From the NCBI GenBank assembly GCA_963743305.1, contig CAVUPH010000034.1:1-64000 (forward strand): a stretch of DNA of 64,000 bases. Reading direction: 5' to 3'. Positions 1 to 9,573 of this stretch are shown piece after piece. The notes beneath the pieces are model-generated. The model made no database searches. It saw nothing but the letters and a program-made list of their open reading frames with translations, and had not been told where the DNA came from. How positions within the stretch are numbered: the first letter of the stretch is position 1; each line of letters starts with the position of its first letter. The position numbers were made by a program, and so were the translations under genes. The DNA comes from an uncultured delta proteobacterium. Lineage in GTDB: Bacteria; Desulfobacterota; RBG-13-43-22.

Positions 1-286
1 CAGATGGGTAGCCTCCGTTTCGCACCCGAGTAATGTATTCCAGTGACACACTGAGACGTTGTCTGTAGTTTGTTTTTGAGAGTTCTTGATTTATTCTGGT
101 GTCTTCTCTGCCGTGGCTGCCATGTCCAACGCGCTTGACTTTCCAATATTCGAGGTTGCCTCTGATTAGTTATGGGTTGCTCGTGACTATGTAAAAGGGC
201 AATTTGAATAACTATGAAATTAAGATTGCCAGAAGTGGACAGCAGGTTTTCTATTGCTGCTTTGTTGGCTTGGATAACGTTGCCGG

Positions 287-1126
287 TCAAATCATGTTTT
301 TGCTGTGCAGCTTTTTCATCTGCGTCTTTTGTGGATGGTAATTTGTCGCATCAATCACTTCCAGCACGTCAGCGCCATATTGTTTGTAGAGTCGTTGAGC
401 TGCCGTCATGTAGCCAACTTCTTCCATTCTTGTGCATACGGGGCAGTATTTGTAGGTTCGCTTCTTGCACCCATTCCATAGCTTTTTCCGAAGTGAATTT
501 AGCAGAGTCAAAACGGTAACTTATGCCTAAATCGGCATCTTGCACTTCCACAAAGGGCTTACCATCGTCGACTGCATCAACGTTTATGCCGCAGTATGGA
601 CTTGGGTAACGCCCCTGCTCAATTGGTGCAGCAAGGTGATCTATGCAGATGTTCCGTTGTACGTAATCGTATTTTTGCCCTTGAAACTCTCCTGGCGTCA
701 CATCTTTATCGCAGCTAAAGCCAATGCTGTTATCTTTCGATTGGGGTATTCCAGGATTTTATCGAGAACATCTTTGCCGGTGCGGTCCTTAAAAAACCGA
801 ATATCTACTTCTATGCCGCGTCTACAGGGTCGATTGGTTTTTGGATCGTTGAAGACTGCGGAAGCGGGATTTTCCATGGCTCGTTTATGTCGTTTACGTT
901 TCTGATGTGGTCACTTGTCGGATGGCTTAGGGCTTTGACCCATTCTACCCTCAGCAGTCCACGCAGCTTTTCCTAGTTCGTCTGCAGGTTTGTATGCCCT
1001 GCCATCTTTGTATTTATGCACTATTTCGCTGGCTATCACTGCTTTAACAACAAGGAATTTATCGTCATCCTGGATGATTTTGCCATCTTCCAAAACGGCG
1101 AAATCTTGAACATTTTGTCTAATCAA
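287..1126 (-). pseudogene. DUF2213-like phage prohead/scaffold protein, split by several frameshifts
   Basis: ORF pieces 911-1126 (KFLVVKAVIASEIVHKYKDGRAYKPADEL), 369-701 (GEFQGQKYDYVQRNICIDHLA..GR) and 287-511 rejoin. Example: removing one A at ~944 gives EGRWVKALSHP. SIGFSCDKD is readable upstream of 701. 3' end uncertain. Confidence 0.6.
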
Positions 1127-1295
1127 ATTTTATCACCATAATTTTGGAATACTAATTCTGGAGCCGTGCTTCAAACTGGGTACACGCAACAAATCACAAT
1201 TTACTCTGAAGACTTAGCCAAGAAACTTTGACTACTCTTAGTCATGAGTCTTTTACGAGAAGCCTTATTAATGAAAATCAGTTCCAGAAGTAAGT

Positions 1296-2063
1296 ATGAA
1301 TAGACTAAGCAAGAGTTTTGCAGTGTTCATAATTCTAATAATGGCTATCTCAAGCCTAAGTCTACTGATGGTTAAACCTGCAAGTGCTCTATCAATACCT
1401 AAACCAGCTATTCCACAATTTAGCATACAAGTAGTTGACCACTCTTACGATGTGCCAACAACAAATACTACCGACCCTTACTCAGGAAAACAAATCATAA
1501 ACCCTGGATATCACATCAACGACATAATAGTGGAAGGTAAAATCAAGAACCAACCCTTCACTCCTTATGGGAACATCGATTTCTATTACAACATAAGCTA
1601 TAGGGGGCATTTCGCAGGTGAATGGAGGAAACTCTTTGGAAGCGAAGACGTGGATTTTCTAAAACAAAGCTATGGTTCTGAGTATACGAGTTTTAACATT
1701 AGCAGGTATAACGCTATTGAGCTAAGTAGGGCGACCGGATGAACGTCCGAATTGAAGCGGTCATTGGCTCTGAAACTTGGGGCTTGCCTCAGCGTGGCCT
1801 TATCGAATATTAAACGGTGAAGTTAGCGGATGGAGCGACACCCTTACAGTGACGGTCAGCACAGACATAACCTCAAGCAACACATATGCAACCACAATCG
1901 ATGGTTCGACCTACCCGACCCTAACATCTCAATACATAGCAACTTCAACACCGACTATCGTCCTTCTCCAACTCCTTCTGTTCCAGAGTTTCCTTCATGG
2001 ACAATTTTATTACTTCTCACCATAGCGGTGGCGACTGCCGGGTTTCTAAATTTGTTTCATTGA
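1296..2063 (+). pseudogene. Archaeal (Bathyarchaeia-like) secreted surface protein with C-terminal PEF + transmembrane sorting tail, frameshifted
   Basis: Signal peptide, then IPKPAIPQFS..VDHSYDVP..TDPYSG. A Thr/Pro-rich linker and TPSVPEFPSWTILLLLTIAV lie in other frames (ORFs 1296-1742, 1777-2025, 1830-2063). Confidence 0.65.
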
Positions 2064-2098
2064 AGACCAAACATTAAGGTAAATAGAAAAGAAACTTT

Positions 2099-2407
2099 CT
2101 ACGCACTTTTAAAATGATTTCTCTTTAAATGAGGAGTTTTAACCTCGTGACTTTCAGGGTAGAGAGTGAGATTCCAGAATGCTGCAAACTCAGCCCGCGG
2201 AAACCATACCTCCCATAGATGTGGGCAAAATGGGTGTGCTGGAAACTCGGGCATGAACATGCCTTGTCGATAAATACGCCCATAAAATCGAACGCAGTAA
2301 TCACATTTTGGTTGCGGACCTGACATCTTGAAATACTGAACCCCATACGCGGGCGCTAACACTTGAAGGGCATTATTTATAGGATCCTGTATCAATTGAG
2401 CCAACAA
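2099..2407 (-). CDS. Phage minor head/morphogenesis (Mu F / SPP1 gp7-like) protein, short form
   Basis: CxxC (KCDYC..YGRIY) plus PAHPFCPH motif; same strand as and upstream of the DUF2213-like gene; start uncertain. Confidence 0.5.
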   Translation of the reverse strand: MLAQLIQDPINNALQVLAPAYGVQYFKMSGPQPKCDYCVRFYGRIYRQGMFMPEFPAHPFCPHLWEVWFPRAEFAAFWNLTLYPESHEVKTPHLKRNHFKSA

Positions 2408-2943
2408 CTAAGCATCCCAAGACGCAAACTAATGCCTTCGCCACTACTCCAGAAGCCTTCAGAACCCTCAGACAGTGGAGATGTCACTCGCATACCTCAT
2501 TTTTTAATATTTTTCATCCAGCTACGGTGGAATTTCGTATGATATTTTGCTTCATAATTAAGAATTATCCTTGAGATCCACAAGATAATTATTGGGTCAA
2601 ATTCCTTGCTGTTAATTGGCAATGATTTGGCTCAGCAATTAAGAATTATGTTGGTAAATCCCATGATAATTATGCCATAAATGTAAAACTGACAAAAGCA
2701 AAAACTGCAAAGTCGGGTAACATTAAGAAGAAAGTAAACAGTAGCGTGATTTGAACCCAATGGGGTAAAACCACAAAGGACTAAAAGAGCAAAAATAACA
2801 AAAACAGTCAACAGCAAGTATTTCTAAGCGGGAAGAGAGCCGACGGACTTACTCCAAAATGGGTATGAATCTCTAAATTTGTCTACGAATTTTCCACGAT
2901 GAACTTTTATTAGTTCTTTAATAAACTGATCCTGTGCAACAAT

Positions 2944-3837
2944 ATGGCACGCATAACCGCCCTGCAGGTTTACGCCCGGCAGGGGATTTCCGTCCTTTGG
3001 GATATGGGCAGCCGAGAAGGAGTGGGGCTTCGTCTAAAAAAGGCCCTGGACCGGCAAGAGGCCCCCTTGGTCCGGCTGAAAACCGCCGGTTACGCCCTGC
3101 ACAAGAAAGGTTTGTATGGAGGTTTTTTAGGCCGAGGGGTGGAAGGAATGAAAGAAATCCGGCAGGCGGTCGCCGACATTTTTCAGGAGGGGGGCGACTT
3201 GGTGAAGGTGGTTCATTCGGGGATCGTATCCTTGAAAAATCTCGGGCGAGTCACCTCCGGAGGCTTTACCCGGGAGGAATTGCGTTGCCTCGTCGATGAG
3301 GCCCGCCGATACGGATTGCCCGTCCATTGCCACGTAAATTCCGACCAGGCCATTCGGGAGGCGGCCTCTTTTCCGATTTCCTCTATTCAGCATGGTTTTT
3401 TTATTTCCGAGGAAACGCTCCACCTTTTAAAAGAAAAAGACATTCATTGGACCCCCACCTTGTTTGCCTTGGCTCATTTAAAAAATGGTCTCCCCGCGGA
3501 ACAGGAGGAGGCGTTGGAAAAAATCGTGGAGGGGCACCTGGAATCGATATCCCGGGCGGCCCAATTGGGGGTTCGTCTGGTAGTCGGCACCGACAGCGGT
3601 TCGCAGGGTGTCTCGCCGGGTCGTTCCTTCCTGGAGGAACTGGCGTTTTTCAAAAAGGCCGGATTGGGTCTGGAACAAATAGTCTCCGCGGCCTGTCTCG
3701 ACCCGGGGGAAATCGTCAAAGGTAATTATTTGCTCGTCAAGGACGATTTTATCCGGGAAGGGAACATTGAGAAGGCTTTCAGACAGGGAAAGCCCTGGCC
3801 GCTGATACCGGAGGAGGGGGTGCCTGGGAATCGATGA
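2944..3837 (+). CDS. Amidohydrolase-superfamily protein, N-terminally truncated
   Basis: GGDLVKV, VHCH, SIQHG, PTL and VGTDSG motifs; the N-terminal HxH metal motif is missing because the gene begins at the compositional junction. Confidence 0.75.
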   Translation: MARITALQVYARQGISVLWDMGSREGVGLRLKKALDRQEAPLVRLKTAGYALHKKGLYGGFLGRGVEGMKEIRQAVADIFQEGGDLVKVVHSGIVSLKNLGRVTSGGFTREELRCLVDEARRYGLPVHCHVNSDQAIREAASFPISSIQHGFFISEETLHLLKEKDIHWTPTLFALAHLKNGLPAEQEEALEKIVEGHLESISRAAQLGVRLVVGTDSGSQGVSPGRSFLEELAFFKKAGLGLEQIVSAACLDPGEIVKGNYLLVKDDFIREGNIEKAFRQGKPWPLIPEEGVPGNR

Positions 3838-3943
3838 ATTCGTTCCTTCCCAGGCCGTTGATTTAGTCTTGATTCGCATTTTTTTCTTTCGCAAATCGAG
3901 GGGATTGACTATAAACCAGGTAGAAGAAAGAAAGAGGAAGGGG

Positions 3944-4417
3944 ATGAAACGACTCAATCCGGATTATATAACCGCTGTCTGCCGAACGGTAAACCAGTGT
4001 CCGTACTTTCAATTAATCTCCATGTCGATCACCGAATTGGGGGAAGGGACATCACTGCTGGAGATCTCCCTGGGGGAGGAACACCTTCAGCCTTTTGGAA
4101 TGGTACACGGCGGTGTTTTTTCCTCCCTGATTGATGCCTCGGCCTTCTGGGCGGTCTATCCTTTACTGGATGAGGGTCTGGGGTTGACCACCGTGGAAAT
4201 GAAGCTCAACTACCTTTCCCCGACGATCAAAGGAAAGATGGTGGCTAAGGGGCAATGCCTCAAATTGGGAAAAACCTTAGCCCTGGGGCAATCCGAGATC
4301 CGTGATCAGGAAGGTCGCCTTCTGGCCCACGGCACGGCCACTCTAATGGTCCTACCGGGTTTATCCCTGGGCGCGGGCGAGTCATTTCCCCCCAAATTCA
4401 TGCCCGGCTCAGAATAG
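3944..4417 (+). CDS. PaaI-family (hotdog) thioesterase
   Basis: HLQPFGMVHGG..SLID and TTVEMKLNYL motifs; purine-rich RBS before ATG 3944. Confidence 0.9.
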   Translation: MKRLNPDYITAVCRTVNQCPYFQLISMSITELGEGTSLLEISLGEEHLQPFGMVHGGVFSSLIDASAFWAVYPLLDEGLGLTTVEMKLNYLSPTIKGKMVAKGQCLKLGKTLALGQSEIRDQEGRLLAHGTATLMVLPGLSLGAGESFPPKFMPGSE

Positions 4418-4453
4418 AGCAGCTCAGTCTGAGATTGGGCCTTCGTGGCGACG

Positions 4454-4510
4454 GGGTCTCGACAAAAGGGTTTTCCGAAGGCACTCCGGACTTCGCAATC
4501 CGGGCCTAAG
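4454..4510. repeat. Intergenic repeat, copy 1 (similar to 6783-6847)
   Basis: GGGTCTCG...GG(C/T)ACTCCGGACTTCG(C)AATCCGGGCCTAAG shared by both sites. Confidence 0.65.
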
Positions 4511-4536
4511 CTACTAACTTTATCAAGGAGGGTTTT

Positions 4537-5025
4537 ATGGGACCGATTAATAAAATTATGGCGGCAGTTGATTTTTCCGATTATTCCAAAGCTACTCTTA
4601 AGTACGCGGCCCTTTTAGCCAGCTCCGTAAACGCCGTTCTGGTAGTGGCCAATGTCCTCAACCAACGGGACGTGGAAGCCATCCGCAAAGTAGAGGTGGA
4701 AGGTGTCGGGGTTACCGTGGAAAAATATATTGCCGATCAGAAGCGCAATCGAGAGGCCGAAACCGACCAACTGTTGAAAGAAAGCAGTTGTCAGGACCTG
4801 CGGGTGGTTCGGGTCTTTCGGGTCGGCGTTCCCTGGGTGGAGCTTCTGGAAATCGTCAAGGATCAGAAGATTGATCTGATGGTCATGGGGACCAAAGGGC
4901 GAACCAATATCGCCAACACCCTTTTTGGATCCACAGCGGAAAAGGTTTTTCGCCGTTGTCCGGTGCCCATCCTCTCCGTAAGAGGGAAAGAGCACGAAAG
5001 CATCGCCTGTTCCCGAGCCTTTTAG
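4537..5025 (+). CDS. Universal stress protein (UspA family)
   Basis: IMAAVDFS and [28 protein letters not shown]; AAGGAGG RBS. Confidence 0.95.
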   Translation: MGPINKIMAAVDFSDYSKATLKYAALLASSVNAVLVVANVLNQRDVEAIRKVEVEGVGVTVEKYIADQKRNREAETDQLLKESSCQDLRVVRVFRVGVPWVELLEIVKDQKIDLMVMGTKGRTNIANTLFGSTAEKVFRRCPVPILSVRGKEHESIACSRAF

Positions 5026-5026
5026 G

Positions 5027-5169
5027 ATGAAAATAAAGGTTCGGCGATTGTTCCAGCTTCTTCAAATCCCCCTAAATCCCCCTTTGTCAAAGGGGGACTT
5101 TGACTCCCCCCTTAGAAAAAGGGGGGTGGGGGGGGATTTTCATGCTCGTGGGTGCTCGCCCCGAGCATG
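5027..5169. repeat. C/G-tract palindromic REP/MITE-like element, copy 1
   Basis: ATGAAAAT...AATCCCCCTAAATCCCCCTTT..AAAGGGGGA...GGGGGGATTTTCATGC; near-identical copy at 20395-20540, diverged copy at 62874-63005. Confidence 0.85.
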
Positions 5170-5185
5170 GGGGTTTACTATGAAA

Positions 5186-6625
5186 CTAGGGGACCGTTTG
5201 TTTAAGCAACGTCTGTTTGGTCCGCAACAGCTTTTGGCTAAGGCTGACATGATAAATATGAGGGTTTTGGAAACGTTTATGTTCCGGTCCCAACCGGTCT
5301 AAATTGCGGTGTGTGTTTTTCTGGATTTCCGGCAGGGAGGGCCTTGAGTAAACCAAGGCCCCTTTTTTAAAAATCGGGACCAATAATTCGGAACGTAAAA
5401 ATCGAGCCGGGTACATTTTGCGGAGATGGGGAATGGTGGGATGGTAGACCCGGAGCGCCTTGGATTCCGGCACTTCTCCCTCCAGGAACATCACGTCCCC
5501 CCGCATGAAACCATTAGGATCAAAAAAACGAATAACTTTCTTCATCCCGGGGTTGGTCACTTTTTCAGGATTGTCGGACTTTTTTATTTTAGGGACCATC
5601 CGACCCGCTTCTTCGATGCCGGTCAGTTTATAAACGCCGCCCAGGGCCGGGTTGGAATAGGCGGTCACCAGTTTAGTCCCCACACCCCAGGCGTCGATTC
5701 GACCGCCCTGTTTCTTGATGCTTTCGATGATCCATTCGTCCAAATCGCTGGAAGCAAAAATCTTGGTCTGCTGGAAGCCTTCTTTATCCAACATTTTTCG
5801 GGCTTCCTGGCTGAGATAGGCCAGGTCCCCACTGTCCAGACGGATACCGCTCAGCTCTCCCCGGCCCTGGGACCGCATTTCTATCCCCACCTTAATGGCA
5901 TTGGGCACCCCGCTTTTCAGCGTATCATAGGTGTCCACCAATAAGAGACTGGCCTCGGGGTAGAGGCGGCAATACGTCCTGAAAGCCTCCAGTTCGGATG
6001 GAAAGGATTCCACCCAACTGTGGGCCAGGGTCCCTCGGACCGGGATTCCGAACAGCTTGCCGGCCAGAACATTGGAGGTCCCCTGGGCGCCGCCGATAAA
6101 GGCCGCCCGTGCGGCCCCCAGGGCGGCATCCGGACCATGGGCTCGGCGAAGTCCGAATTCCACCACCGGGTCCCCCTCGGCGGCAATGCAGACCCGGGCG
6201 GCCTTAGTGGCGATGAGGGTCTGAAAATTCATGATATTTAGAAGGGCCGATTCAATAAATTGGGCCTCGGGCAGGGAGGCGGTTACCCGGATAATGGGTT
6301 CACCGGGAAAGACCAAGGTGCCTTCGGGAACGGCATAGAGGTCCCCGGTGAAATGAAAATTTTCCAGGTAGGAGAGCACCTTCTCCGGGAAAATGGCGAG
6401 TCCTTCCAGGTAGGCCAAATCGCGCGCGGAAAAATGGATATGTTGAATATAATCGATCAACTGTTCCAGACCCGCCGTAATGCAATATCCGCCGGCATCC
6501 GGAACTTTCCGGAAAAAATAATCAAAGTTGGCCAGTTGATTCTCTTTGCCGCTGGCGATATACCCGCCCAACATAGTTAGTTCGTACATGTCGGCCAAAA
6601 GGGTAAGATTACGCATGGATTCCAT
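5186..6625 (-). CDS. pncB: Nicotinate phosphoribosyltransferase
   Basis: DMYELTM, EFGLRRAHG, GTSNV, GTLAHSWV, LVDTYDT and IRLDSGDL motifs. Confidence 0.97.
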   Translation of the reverse strand: MESMRNLTLLADMYELTMLGGYIASGKENQLANFDYFFRKVPDAGGYCITAGLEQLIDYIQHIHFSARDLAYLEGLAIFPEKVLSYLENFHFTGDLYAVPEGTLVFPGEPIIRVTASLPEAQFIESALLNIMNFQTLIATKAARVCIAAEGDPVVEFGLRRAHGPDAALGAARAAFIGGAQGTSNVLAGKLFGIPVRGTLAHSWVESFPSELEAFRTYCRLYPEASLLLVDTYDTLKSGVPNAIKVGIEMRSQGRGELSGIRLDSGDLAYLSQEARKMLDKEGFQQTKIFASSDLDEWIIESIKKQGGRIDAWGVGTKLVTAYSNPALGGVYKLTGIEEAGRMVPKIKKSDNPEKVTNPGMKKVIRFFDPNGFMRGDVMFLEGEVPESKALRVYHPTIPHLRKMYPARFLRSELLVPIFKKGALVYSRPSLPEIQKNTHRNLDRLGPEHKRFQNPHIYHVSLSQKLLRTKQTLLKQTVP

Positions 6626-6782
6626 TCCGAAAATAATTTATACTTCAATAGTTACCACGTTAGGGACCGGCACTTCAACCATAATCGGGCTGACCGGGAG
6701 GGGACCATCATTGGAGACCGAGAAACCTTTTTTGACGCTTCGCCCTTTTGGGTGGGCGCCCCCCAGATCTGGTATGGACGCC

Positions 6783-6847
6783 GGGTCTCGGCGAAAGGCC
6801 TTGCCAAAGGTTCCAAAGGTACTCCGGACTTCGAATCCGGGCCTAAG
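6783..6847. repeat. Intergenic repeat, copy 2
   Basis: Matches 4454-4510. Confidence 0.65.
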
Positions 6848-6940
6848 TGTTTAATTTTATTTTAAGCAGGCCCAAACCCCGTTTTTTTTTAACTTTGGAA
6901 AAATCAGGCGGTCTAAAGGGTTAATTATTCGAAGAGGAGG

Positions 6941-7732
6941 ATGAATATGAAAAAAATAGCTATGTTTATCATTTGGTTAGCCTTACTGCTGTCCTCGGGA
7001 ACCCTTTTGGCCTACTCCCCTCTGCTGGATGTTAGTGTGGTCACCGAGCGGGGACCCGGCCTGCCGTTATATCCGGTGGACTCCGGGCAACCGAATACCT
7101 ATCGAGCCTATCTGGAAGCCATCCGGGGGGAACGGTACAGTATCCGAGTCAAAAATCACACCCCCTATCGGGTAGGACTGGTCATCGCCGTCGATGGACG
7201 CAACATTATTTCCGGGAAAAAGTCTTTTCTGCAGCCCCAGGAACGCATGTACATCCTCGATCCGCAGGGCTGGGGTTATTATGACGGATGGCGCAGTTCG
7301 AATAACCAGGTGAACACCTTTTACTTTACCGAGGCCGGGGGGTCCTATGCCGGCGCCTGGGGAGATTATTCCGCCATGGGGGTCATCGCCGTGGCGGTTT
7401 TTCCGGAACGAAGACCGCCGGAACCTCCGGTCTATGAGCGCGGGGGGACCTATGGGCATCAAGACAGGAAAGAAATGCCCGGGCAAAGCGCTCCCCAGGC
7501 TATGAGGCCCCGGACGGAGGCCCAACCGGGAACCGGTTATGGGGAAGAAAAATATTCCCCGGTTATCCGGGTGGACTTTGAACCGGAACCGGTGGCCGCG
7601 GAGAGGCATTTTATGAAATATGAATGGCGCGAGACCCTCTGCCGCAAAGGAATCATCGACTGCCGCCCCCCGCATCCCCGGAACCGTTTCTGGGATGATC
7701 GGGGATATGCCCCGCCGCCTCCTGTGAGGTAG
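6941..7732 (+). CDS. Secreted protein of unknown function
   Basis: GAGGAGG RBS; signal peptide; globular core (GERYSIRV, AVDGRNIISG, YDGWR, GVIAVAVFPE); Pro-rich tail. Confidence 0.8.
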   Translation: MNMKKIAMFIIWLALLLSSGTLLAYSPLLDVSVVTERGPGLPLYPVDSGQPNTYRAYLEAIRGERYSIRVKNHTPYRVGLVIAVDGRNIISGKKSFLQPQERMYILDPQGWGYYDGWRSSNNQVNTFYFTEAGGSYAGAWGDYSAMGVIAVAVFPERRPPEPPVYERGGTYGHQDRKEMPGQSAPQAMRPRTEAQPGTGYGEEKYSPVIRVDFEPEPVAAERHFMKYEWRETLCRKGIIDCRPPHPRNRFWDDRGYAPPPPVR

Positions 7733-7756
7733 GAGGTAGCATTTTAACTGATCGAT

Positions 7757-7803
7757 ATTAATAATTAATAATCAATTCTTAATTCTTAATTATTAATTAT
7801 TAA
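7757..7803. repeat. AT-rich heptamer quasi-palindrome
   Basis: ATTAATAATTAATAATCAATT is identical at 35861; a related tract lies at ~28518. Confidence 0.7.
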
Positions 7804-7847
7804 ACTCCCAGGCCGGGGGCGGGCACCCACGAAGCATGAATCAAGTG

Positions 7848-8645
7848 CTATTTTTTGATCGGTCCGGGAGTCTTAGTTTCCGTTTTAGCACCGGCCGGAG
7901 GGAGGCCCAACCGCTGGCGCAAGGTCTCTTCCGGCATCAATCCGGAATGAACGATTCCATCGGAAAAAATAAAAGTCGGGGTGGAACCAATCCCTTTCTT
8001 GTGCAAAAAAGCCAGACTCTCGTCCACTTTTTTTACCCCTTCAGCGCACTGGTTCTCTGATTTATAGCCCTTTTCCAGGCCTTCCAAGCCTTTCTTGTCG
8101 CAGATAATCGAGATGCATTGCTCCTTGGCGCCTTTATGGCTGGGGAGCGGAAAGAAGATGAAGCGAACCGTCAGCTCCCCTTTCTCGGCGATCTTCTTAA
8201 TAATGGCTTCCGCCTGCTTACAGTAGGGGCATTGGGGGTCGGTAATGAAATAGAGGACTTTGTCGCCTTTACCCAGGGAAAAGGCGGTCAAGGACTCCAA
8301 TTGACGGAGATCATCGGCCCCCAGGCGGTTTAAATTCTGCGTGGCCTCCATGGTCAGATTGCGTCCGCTCTTGGTCTCAATCAAATTACCGAGCAGAAAA
8401 TAATCCCCCTGGCCGTCCGCATAAAGAAGACGGATTTGACCCCCCATCTTGACCTGCACCTGACAAAGCCCTTTGACTTCACTGGGTTGAATGGCGCCTA
8501 GTTCCACATTGGGAAAGAGCTTTTTCAAGGAAGCCTGAACTTTATCGGGGGCGGGACACTGGGCTGACACCTGGACAGCGCCCACCAGAAAACAACTCAC
8601 CAGAAGCATCGTAAAACAGACGACCAGCCGTTGATCAAACCGCAT
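7848..8645 (-). CDS. dsbC: DsbC-family thiol:disulfide isomerase
   Basis: Signal peptide, N-terminal dimerisation region, TDPQCPYC and GSTPT; GGAGG RBS before ATG 8645. Confidence 0.9.
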   Translation of the reverse strand: MRFDQRLVVCFTMLLVSCFLVGAVQVSAQCPAPDKVQASLKKLFPNVELGAIQPSEVKGLCQVQVKMGGQIRLLYADGQGDYFLLGNLIETKSGRNLTMEATQNLNRLGADDLRQLESLTAFSLGKGDKVLYFITDPQCPYCKQAEAIIKKIAEKGELTVRFIFFPLPSHKGAKEQCISIICDKKGLEGLEKGYKSENQCAEGVKKVDESLAFLHKKGIGSTPTFIFSDGIVHSGLMPEETLRQRLGLPPAGAKTETKTPGPIKK

Positions 8646-8735
8646 AGTATCCTCCCAAGCATCAAGGTAGCATCGAAATAATTCGAATGTCTCCGAGTTT
8701 AACCCAATCAGTCTAAAAAAGAAACCCAAAATCCG

Positions 8736-8767
8736 AAAAAAAAGGGCCGATGCGAACATCGGCCCTT
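8736..8767 (-). terminator. Intrinsic terminator of the fdh operon
   Basis: AAGGGCCGATG-CGAA-CATCGGCCCTT hairpin followed by a T-run on the minus strand. Confidence 0.85.
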
Positions 8768-8799
8768 GGAGAAATTAAGGTTAACCGTAGACAGACTGC

Positions 8800-9558
8800 T
8801 TAGCGGTGGGTATCCTGAACTATTCCTCCGAAAACCGCCGTAGCCGCTGCTACCGTCGTCAAGGGTTTAAACAATTTTCGCAGGGCCGCCTGGCGGGAGA
8901 TTCCCCGTTTTTCGACTGAAGCAAATTTGTGATATAGTTTACGGTCTTCCAGGACCAGATAGATGGTCCGAAGATCGTCGGGATCCAGAAGGCTGGCCTG
9001 AGGAAATTTTTTCTTTACCTCGGCCAAACGCTTCTGGGCCTTGTCCATTATTTCATTCCGGTCACCGAAGCTCATGGCCCCGGTGGGGCAGGTCTTGACG
9101 CAGGCCGGGAGCATCCCGTTTTTCACCCGGTCAAAGCACATGGTGCATTTAACCAGGAGTTTGGTTTTCTTGTCCGCCCGGGGGATATTGTACGGACAGG
9201 CATCCAGGATGTCTTTGGCCTTCAGGCCCTTGGTTTTATCCGTATAAATGACGGCGCCGGTGGCCTCGTCCTTGAGGATGGCGTCTTTGACCTGTGCATC
9301 GGCCGCCTCTTTGCACGGCGGCTCAACGCAATGCCGGCATTGGTCCGCAAAGAAAAGCCAAACCGGGCGGCCGGCCACTTCGGCCTCGTTAAAGCGGACG
9401 ACCTTGTAGCAGGTGGAAGACAGATCAGGGGGGTTTTGGTGACTTCCCCGGTTGACCGTGTTCTCGGTCCCCAGTTTGTTCCATTGTTTGCAGGCCACCT
9501 GGCACCCCCGGCAAGCCGTGCATTTGGATGTATCTACTAAGAAAGATTTATCTGCCAT
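8800..9558 (-). CDS. fdhB: Formate dehydrogenase Fe-S (beta) subunit
   Basis: CTACRGCQVAC, CRHCVEPPC, CPY, CTMC..PACVKTCP; directly downstream of fdhA. Confidence 0.93.
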   Translation of the reverse strand: MADKSFLVDTSKCTACRGCQVACKQWNKLGTENTVNRGSHQNPPDLSSTCYKVVRFNEAEVAGRPVWLFFADQCRHCVEPPCKEAADAQVKDAILKDEATGAVIYTDKTKGLKAKDILDACPYNIPRADKKTKLLVKCTMCFDRVKNGMLPACVKTCPTGAMSFGDRNEIMDKAQKRLAEVKKKFPQASLLDPDDLRTIYLVLEDRKLYHKFASVEKRGISRQAALRKLFKPLTTVAAATAVFGGIVQDTHR

Positions 9559-9573
9559 TCGGGTTCACCTCCC

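Noticed and set aside
2632-2817. Small hydrophobic ORF in the AT-rich block
   Set aside because: Probably a piece of an indel-broken membrane-protein gene; I cannot define boundaries or product.
5027-5302. ORFs 5027-5302, 30524-30793, 37316-37627, 60316-60540 and 62907-63110
   Set aside because: They are translations of repeat elements; the same peptides recur (PLNPPL.KG, LSL.KHGRIV).
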